Positions 57,633 to 64,000 of a stretch of 64,000 bases of DNA are shown one piece after another. The position numbers and the translations under genes are program-made. Each line of letters begins with the position of its first letter. Position 1 is the first letter of the stretch. Below the pieces are notes generated by a model. The model saw only the letters and a program-made list of their open reading frames with translations, was not told the origin of the DNA and made no database searches. This DNA is from Ignavibacteriota bacterium (GTDB lineage Bacteria; Bacteroidota; Ignavibacteria; UBA10030; UBA6906): assembly GCA_963801355.1 (NCBI GenBank), contig CAWDEM010000008.1, forward strand, positions 352,001 through 416,000, in the 5' to 3' direction.

Positions 57633-60101
57633 ATGGTGTTCGATCTGGATCTCATCGAACGGGTATATGCCCGATTCCCCGGACGGGTTCGGGCTTCACA
57701 GCGCGTTGTCGGCCGTCCTCTCACGTTGACGGAAAAAATCCTCTATGCGCACTCCTGGCGCCCGTTGAAGACCGCACATGAGCGGGGCAAGACGTATGCC
57801 GAGTTTGCACCCGACCGCGTGGCAATGCAGGATGCAACGGCCCAGATGGCCTTGCTGCAATTCATGTCGGCGGGCATCCCGCGCGTCGCCGTCCCTTCGA
57901 CCGTCCATTGTGACCATCTCATCCAGGCCCAGGCGGGTGCGGTGAAGGACCTCCAGCAGGCCTCTGTTGACAACAAAGAAGTCTATGAATTCCTTTCGGG
58001 TGTGTCGTCGCGCCACGGCATCGGGTTCTGGAAGCCGGGTTCCGGCATTATTCATCAGGTGGTGCTGGAAAACTACGCCTTTCCGGGCGGGATGATGATC
58101 GGCACCGATTCGCACACGCCGAATGCCGGAGGGCTTGGCATGCTGGCGATTGGCGTCGGTGGGGCCGATGCCGTTGACGTGATGGCGGGTATGCCCTGGG
58201 AATTGAAGTTTCCCCGGATCATCGGCGTGCACCTCACAGGCACGTTGAGCGGCTGGACAAGTGCCAAGGATGTCATTTTGAAGCTGGCCGGAATTCTCAC
58301 GGTGAAGGGCGGCACCGGTGCTATCGTGGAGTATTTCGGTGAAGGTGCAGACTCCATCTCTGCGACCGGGAAAGGGACCATATGCAACATGGGCGCCGAG
58401 ATCGGCGCAACGACGTCGGTGTTTCCGTACGACGGGCGGATGGCTCAATATCTCCGCGCGACCGGGAGGTCGAAGGTGGCATCCCTTGCCGATCGTATAG
58501 CCGGCTTCCTCCGTGCAGATCCTGAAGTCCTTGCAGAACCATCTGCGTACTATGACCGGGTCATCGCGATCAACCTGAGTGAGCTCGAGCCGATGATCAA
58601 CGGGCCGTTCTCTCCCGATCGCGCCTGGAAACTTTCCGAGTTCGGCCGTGCGGTCCAGGAGAACGGGTATCCGGAAGAGCTGCGTGTGGCGCTTATCGGC
58701 AGCTGCACGAATTCGAGTTATGAAGACATTGAACGCTCTGCGAGTATTGCACGGCAGGCACTGAAACACGGTCTCCGCGCACGCAGCGCATTCACGATTA
58801 CTCCGGGTTCGGAACAGGTCCGCGCCACCATTGAGCGTGACGGGCAGTTAAAGACACTGACCGACATAGGCGGGGTAGTCCTGGCAAATGCCTGCGGACC
58901 GTGTATCGGGCAGTGGAGACGTCATGACGTGCAAAAAGGGGACAGGAACTCCATCATCACGTCGTTCAACCGGAACTTTGCCGGCCGGAACGACGCGAAT
59001 CCCGATACACATGCGTTCGTCGCCAGCCCCGAGATCGTGACCGCTTTTGCGCTCGCGGGCCGGTTGACATTTGATCCACGGACCGACGCATTGACGACCG
59101 ATAGCGGGGAGGCGGTGACGCTGGATCCGCCGACGGGAGAGGAGTTGCCCCGTCGCGGTTTCCGGGCCGGTGAGAGAGGCTATGTTGCTCCCGCGCCCGC
59201 CGGCCGTACAATCCGTGTCAAGATCAGTCCCCAGAGTGAAAGACTCCAGGTGCTTACCCCGTTCGCGCCGTGGGATGAAAAGGACATTATTGAGATTCCC
59301 GTGCTGCTCAAGGCGAAGGGAAAATGTACAACCGATCATATTTCTCCCGCGGGCAAATGGCTCAAGTTCCGGGGACACCTCGACAATATTTCCGACAATA
59401 TGTTCGTCGGGGCGGTGAACGCATACAGCGGCGTCATCGGAGCCGGCAAAAATCTTCTCTCCGGTGCCCATGAATCCTACTCCGCAATCGCCCGTTCGTA
59501 CAAGTCGCAGGGGCTGGGCTGGGTGGTCGTGGGAGATGAGAACTACGGAGAAGGATCAAGCCGTGAACATGCCGCCATGGAACCGCGTTGGTTGGGAGGG
59601 CGCGCGATCATCGTGAAAAGTTTTGCGCGGATCCATGAGACCAATCTCAAGAAGCAGGGGATGTTGCCGTTGACGTTCGGCGACCCTGCCGACTACGACA
59701 GAGTGCGCGAGGATGATCGCGTCTCGATTCGGGGACTTGGCTCATTTGCGCCGGGTGTTCCTCTCACCCTCGTTCTGCACCATGCCGATGGCTCCACAGA
59801 AGAAGTGCGACTAAACCACACGTTCAACGAGAACCAGATTGGCTGGTTTAAGGCAGGGAGCGCGTTGAACCTCATTGCGGCTCAGAGCACCGACGTCGGG
59901 TTGGGAAGCAAGGCCGCAGTCCGCAAACCCCGGAAGGCTGCTGCAAAGAAGCCGGCGCGCGGTAAGCGGGTTTCAGCGAAGGCTCCCGGGAAAGCTCGCG
60001 CGAAGAAAACTTCAGCCCGGCGGCAGGTCAAACGAGCAAAGCGCGGCGTCAAAACCTTGAAACGCAAGACAACTCGCACAGCAAGGAAGCGGAGCAGATA
60101 A
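57633..60101 (+). CDS. acnA: Aconitate hydratase (mitochondrial-type) with Lys/Arg-rich C-terminal tail
   Basis: [52 protein letters not shown]; ATG at 57633. Confidence 0.94.
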   Translation: MVFDLDLIERVYARFPGRVRASQRVVGRPLTLTEKILYAHSWRPLKTAHERGKTYAEFAPDRVAMQDATAQMALLQFMSAGIPRVAVPSTVHCDHLIQAQAGAVKDLQQASVDNKEVYEFLSGVSSRHGIGFWKPGSGIIHQVVLENYAFPGGMMIGTDSHTPNAGGLGMLAIGVGGADAVDVMAGMPWELKFPRIIGVHLTGTLSGWTSAKDVILKLAGILTVKGGTGAIVEYFGEGADSISATGKGTICNMGAEIGATTSVFPYDGRMAQYLRATGRSKVASLADRIAGFLRADPEVLAEPSAYYDRVIAINLSELEPMINGPFSPDRAWKLSEFGRAVQENGYPEELRVALIGSCTNSSYEDIERSASIARQALKHGLRARSAFTITPGSEQVRATIERDGQLKTLTDIGGVVLANACGPCIGQWRRHDVQKGDRNSIITSFNRNFAGRNDANPDTHAFVASPEIVTAFALAGRLTFDPRTDALTTDSGEAVTLDPPTGEELPRRGFRAGERGYVAPAPAGRTIRVKISPQSERLQVLTPFAPWDEKDIIEIPVLLKAKGKCTTDHISPAGKWLKFRGHLDNISDNMFVGAVNAYSGVIGAGKNLLSGAHESYSAIARSYKSQGLGWVVVGDENYGEGSSREHAAMEPRWLGGRAIIVKSFARIHETNLKKQGMLPLTFGDPADYDRVREDDRVSIRGLGSFAPGVPLTLVLHHADGSTEEVRLNHTFNENQIGWFKAGSALNLIAAQSTDVGLGSKAAVRKPRKAAAKKPARGKRVSAKAPGKARAKKTSARRQVKRAKRGVKTLKRKTTRTARKRSR

Positions 60102-60129
60102 CGCTGTAACACTCCTGATGTGAAGCGGG

Positions 60130-62199
60130 CTACGGCAGATCCAGGCCATACCTGTCGCTGATGTCCAAACGGGGCATCGGGCCGTTCAGTGGTTTGGCGT
60201 CGCGAACGTACCAGTCATACCATTCGATGGTCCGGTACATCAGGTCAATACGAGCCGGCTGCCGTGCATTTCCGTGTTGCTCCCCGGGGTATTGAACCAG
60301 GCGGACGGCCGGATGCTTGTTGATTTTCATCCGGCGGTACAACTCCAGGCTCTGGGACGGGTTGACCCTCGTGTCGTCGGCGCCGCCACAGATCAGTGTG
60401 GCCGTCGTGCTCTGGTGGGCCCAGTACACGGGGCTGCGCTTAAGCGAAAATTCCCAAGTTTGCTCGATGGGTTTTCCCGCATGGACAGCCAGTTCCTCTT
60501 CAGGTATATCCGTCGTGCTCTGCTTGCTTACGAGATCGCTTATACCCACGAACATTGCCACGGCCCGAACGTATTTCGTGTAATATGTGGCAAACCAGGC
60601 TGAAGCATAGCCGCCGTACGATCCTCCGCCGAGACCCACGCGCTCCCTGTCAGCCGACCCCTGCGAAGTGAGGACCTCGATTCCGTCAGCAATGTCATCA
60701 AACTCCTTGCCTGCCGGATCACCGAAGCCTTCCGCCGCAAACGATACCCCGTAACCGGTGCTTGCACGGTAGTTGGGGTAGAACACCATGTACCCCTTTC
60801 CCGCGAATACCTGTCCCGGCTCGCTGTAGTTGGAGAGCCATCCGTTGGAGTAGTGTGATTCCGGCCCCCCGTGCACCACCACGATAAGCGGGCAGCGTTT
60901 TGCCTGTTCTCCGCCCGCGGGGTGAATCAGGAGGCCTTCAATATCCCTGCCATCGCGGGCTTTGTATTTCACGAGCGACTGATTGCCCAGTGCCCGCCGG
61001 GCCAGCCAGGGATTCAGAGTCGTAGCGCGATCGAGAGCATTCTTGCCTGTAACGAGGAAAAGGTCTCCGGGAGTTGTTGCGGACTGGCCGATCAGAGCAA
61101 CAATCTCACCTTTTCCGGAGACCAGCGGCGCATCGAAGACTATTCCGGTCTCCTGGGATGCCAGAAGGAGTGAGGTCTCCCGGCTGCCAAGGCGGGCGGA
61201 GCGGAGAGAAGTGTTCACGCCGTCTGCTGACCGGTAGAGCACCGTTTCGGCATCCTTCCAGCCGACCCACGTAATGTGGCCGGGGTGACCCTCGGGGGTG
61301 GCATCGAAGGGAGTGCCACCCGCCAGAGGCATCGTATAGATCTGGCTGACGGCGTTGTCATGCCGGTCACGTGCTCCCACGAAGGCTATATGCGAGTTCT
61401 GGGGGTTGATTGTGAAATTCCCGAGCTTGCCCGGAGGTGTAACAAGATGGCGAATGTTCCCGGATGGCAGTTCAAGCAGGAAGATCTTTTGGGACATGTA
61501 GCTCTGGTCAACCAGCGGATCGTCCGAAGCTGCAAACGCAATCATGCGACCGTCGGGGGAGAATTCAAACGACCAGACGCTATGCTCCTGAGTCAACTGC
61601 CGGGGTTCCGGCACGGTATCCTGGGAAATATCCACTAGATAGAGGTTCCGGTCTCTGAGGTTTTCCTCATAAAAGACAAAGCCATAGCCCTTGGCATCAA
61701 TAGCTTTTTCACGCTTGGATTTTGGTAGCTGTGAAACATAGGCCAGATGGCGTCCGTCCGGGTGCCAGCGGAAGGCGAGCACGGGCTCCTCCGCGGTAGT
61801 GAGTTGTCTTGCCTCCCCTCCGGTAGCGGGGATCGCCCAGACCTGGGTTTTCTCCCCGCGCTTCATCAGAAAGGCTATCATACTTCCGTCAGGGGACCAG
61901 AGGGGAGAATTGACCCGGACCTTGCCTGTGACAAACGGGCGTGATGATTTTGATTGCGTCCTGAGGATGTGCAGTTCACTAAAAGATGCTCCGGGCTCTT
62001 CCGCTGCAGGCCGTTGGCAGTCGACTGTATAGGCGATGAACTCGCCTGTTGGACTTGCCGAAGCTGACGTGACTCTCTTGATCTTCAGCAGGTCTTCCGG
62101 CGACAATGTCGGGAGTTGCGATTGAGCGGCCCCACAAAGGGGCAGCAAGGCCAGACACGCAAGGCCGATAGACACTCTCCGGAATAAGGAGGAATTCAT
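60130..62199 (-). CDS. Exported S9-family peptidase (acylaminoacyl/dipeptidyl peptidase-like)
   Basis: Signal peptide; propeller WSPDG repeats; HGGP, GGSYGG, DTRV, EQH. Confidence 0.92.
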   Translation of the reverse strand: MNSSLFRRVSIGLACLALLPLCGAAQSQLPTLSPEDLLKIKRVTSASASPTGEFIAYTVDCQRPAAEEPGASFSELHILRTQSKSSRPFVTGKVRVNSPLWSPDGSMIAFLMKRGEKTQVWAIPATGGEARQLTTAEEPVLAFRWHPDGRHLAYVSQLPKSKREKAIDAKGYGFVFYEENLRDRNLYLVDISQDTVPEPRQLTQEHSVWSFEFSPDGRMIAFAASDDPLVDQSYMSQKIFLLELPSGNIRHLVTPPGKLGNFTINPQNSHIAFVGARDRHDNAVSQIYTMPLAGGTPFDATPEGHPGHITWVGWKDAETVLYRSADGVNTSLRSARLGSRETSLLLASQETGIVFDAPLVSGKGEIVALIGQSATTPGDLFLVTGKNALDRATTLNPWLARRALGNQSLVKYKARDGRDIEGLLIHPAGGEQAKRCPLIVVVHGGPESHYSNGWLSNYSEPGQVFAGKGYMVFYPNYRASTGYGVSFAAEGFGDPAGKEFDDIADGIEVLTSQGSADRERVGLGGGSYGGYASAWFATYYTKYVRAVAMFVGISDLVSKQSTTDIPEEELAVHAGKPIEQTWEFSLKRSPVYWAHQSTTATLICGGADDTRVNPSQSLELYRRMKINKHPAVRLVQYPGEQHGNARQPARIDLMYRTIEWYDWYVRDAKPLNGPMPRLDISDRYGLDLP

Positions 62200-62236
62200 G
62201 TTTGGTCTCCAGGTTAATGCATTATCAATAGAGGCT

Positions 62237-63214
62237 TTACCGTTCGCGTCGAAAGTAAGATATAGTTTTGAATAGGTTGATGCTAACTGCGGGGACTGTG
62301 AACGCGAGTAATGTGACCAAGCCATACGCGATGCTTTTGGGCATTGCACCCTTGAGGAGTATTTGCATAACTACCGCCACGCTGAGAGCAAGAAGTGTGG
62401 AAATGATCCGTTCGAGCCGGCCGCGGGTGCTGTCAAAAGCTCTCAGCTTCAAGGTTAAGTAATAGACCAGCCCGAGTGCGAGGAGCGGAGCAGAAAAGAC
62501 GTTGGCAGTCTCGGAAGTCAGAAACAGTGCTCCCGGGAGCACGATAAGGCAGATGATTTCTATGATCTGGGAAGCAGTTGTATTGTCAGCCAGCGCGGGG
62601 AAAATCGATCCACGGTTGTCACGGGTGCGGGGAAAGACCAGTGTGACGAAGAGAATTGCAATCCCCCCGAGCAGTAATCCCGCAAGAGTGTCTCCCGCAA
62701 AGTGCCTGCCAAGATACATTCTGGAGATAGGCATAAGGAATGCCACTCCGATAGCGATCCAGGCCAGCCACCGCTTGCGGAACAAATACGCGAGGGCTCC
62801 CCAGAATGCCAATGTACTGCTGCAATGACCGGACAGGAGGCCATAATCCGGCCCGGGCATGGCCCGCACGTAGGAAATAACATCCGGCGAGGGAAGCCCG
62901 AGGAACCAAGTGGCTCCGCGGGAGAAAAACGGCGATGTGTTCGGCACACCAAACTCAAGGAGCAGCACGCGCATGTCCGCATCAGATGGCCGCGGCAGGG
63001 CAAAGAATGACTTGACGGCCGCCGTCAGGAGACCAACCCAGAGGATTGTCAGCAGTACCCTGAAACCATTCCGGTGGTTGAATCCGAAAAAGACAATCAG
63101 CGCCAGCACAAGGAATAAGGTCTCTTGCCCGAGCACGCTGATACCACGCATCACCCACGTCAATGCGTCGGAGCGAAACGACTGCAGCCAGATGATCGGT
63201 TCCGTTTGGAACAT
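62237..63214 (-). CDS. PAP2-superfamily membrane phosphatase
   Basis: K.....PRP, SGH, SRMYLGRH motifs; ATG at 63214. Confidence 0.85.
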   Translation of the reverse strand: MFQTEPIIWLQSFRSDALTWVMRGISVLGQETLFLVLALIVFFGFNHRNGFRVLLTILWVGLLTAAVKSFFALPRPSDADMRVLLLEFGVPNTSPFFSRGATWFLGLPSPDVISYVRAMPGPDYGLLSGHCSSTLAFWGALAYLFRKRWLAWIAIGVAFLMPISRMYLGRHFAGDTLAGLLLGGIAILFVTLVFPRTRDNRGSIFPALADNTTASQIIEIICLIVLPGALFLTSETANVFSAPLLALGLVYYLTLKLRAFDSTRGRLERIISTLLALSVAVVMQILLKGAMPKSIAYGLVTLLAFTVPAVSINLFKTISYFRRER

Positions 63215-63294
63215 GGTTATGAAACATACGATTTCTCCAGCTCTCCCGCAAAGGTTCCGCTTGTTTGTAGAAGTCGAAACCGGTAGATTCAACG

Positions 63295-64000
63295 ATGATG
63301 ACCATTCGAATTTCCATCCTGATTGCTCTCCTCGTTGCGTACCCGGTGAATGCCCGGAGTGATGGATCCGCGAAGCTGGCTGCGGGAGATGCCGCATTTG
63401 CCCTGATGGACTACCCTGTTGCGGTTCGTGAATACGAAGGGGCGCTGGGTGAGGCACCAGGGGATCCCGTGCTGCTCTGCCGGCTGTCGCGGGCATATGT
63501 CTGTATTGGAGAGGTGGAGGAGAACCAGCAGGAACGGGTGGCCGTGCTGCGAAGGGCGGAGCGTTGCGCCCGCGAATGCCTCCTCAAGGATCCACAAAGC
63601 TGGGAGGGGCACACCTGGCTGGCGGCTGCGCTCGGGTATCTGGCGCTTGAGGTGGGGATGCGGGATCAGGTTGCGCTCTCGCGCGAACTGCTGGCAGAAA
63701 CCGATCGTGCTCTTGCGATTAATCCAAAGGACGACATCGCTCTCTCTATCCGTGGTTCATTTTACCGCGCTCTGGGAAATATCGGGTGGTTCAAGAAACA
63801 GCTCGCCGCCCTCTTCGTGGGTGACATCCCCGACGGAGGGTTTGCCGAGGCAGAGCAATCACTGAATGAGGCGGTCGCACTTGCGCCGGATATCATGCGG
63901 CACCGGTACGAACTCGGCGTACTGTACGCCGACATGGGACGAATGCCGGAAGCCTGCGCCCAGTTTGCGCGGGCGGTGAACCTTCCCGTGCGGGTCGCCA
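63295..64000 (+). CDS. Exported TPR protein (RMD/FAM82-like), 3'-partial
   Basis: Not in the ORF track because it is open-ended. Reads MMTIRISILIALLVAYPVNA..LLCRLSRAY..GHTWLAAALG..DRALAINPKD..RHRYELGVLY with no stop. Confidence 0.8.
   Translation, partial: MMTIRISILIALLVAYPVNARSDGSAKLAAGDAAFALMDYPVAVREYEGALGEAPGDPVLLCRLSRAYVCIGEVEENQQERVAVLRRAERCARECLLKDPQSWEGHTWLAAALGYLALEVGMRDQVALSRELLAETDRALAINPKDDIALSIRGSFYRALGNIGWFKKQLAALFVGDIPDGGFAEAEQSLNEAVALAPDIMRHRYELGVLYADMGRMPEACAQFARAVNLPVRVA

Noticed and set aside
1-64000. CRISPR array, integrase, transposase, reverse transcriptase or defence genes
   Set aside because: No regularly spaced 25-45-bp repeats with spacers and no recognisable motifs for these proteins.

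Overview
GC-rich bacterial chromosomal segment. It most likely comes from an Ignavibacteria-like member of the Bacteroidota/Chlorobi group (inference). Supporting signs are T9SS C-terminal sorting domains of the 'LxQNYPNPFNPST' type, canonical TTGxxx-17-TAxxxT promoters with Shine-Dalgarno motifs, and a mitochondrial-type aconitase. Layout: (1-5.8 kb) sugar transferase, ugd, UDP-glucuronate decarboxylase, and DUF2279/DUF1207/DUF2279 genes. (5.9-8.7 kb) two peroxiredoxins plus a PTPS-folE-SDR pterin cluster. (8.9-17.2 kb) a six-gene operon with a very divergent family-5 ABC transporter and two unexplained exported proteins. (17-34.8 kb) an accessory region ending at tRNA-Ser. It holds a candidate bistable small RNA, direct-repeat arrays at promoters, and three T9SS cargo genes whose sorting domains carry an in-frame palindromic insertion; one of the three is frameshifted. 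(35-64 kb) mostly core genes: wza/wzz-like, tRNA-Arg, tRNA-Ala plus SRP RNA, rng/rne, gcvT, comB, ftsK, lolA, cyclophilin, holA, SPOR-ExbB-(ExbD-like/TonB fusion), wcaJ-like, gmhA, alaS, clpS, aconitase with a histone-like tail, S9 peptidase, PAP2, and a TPR protein. No CRISPR array, integrase or transposase was recognised. All family calls are motif recognition by eye; no searches were run.
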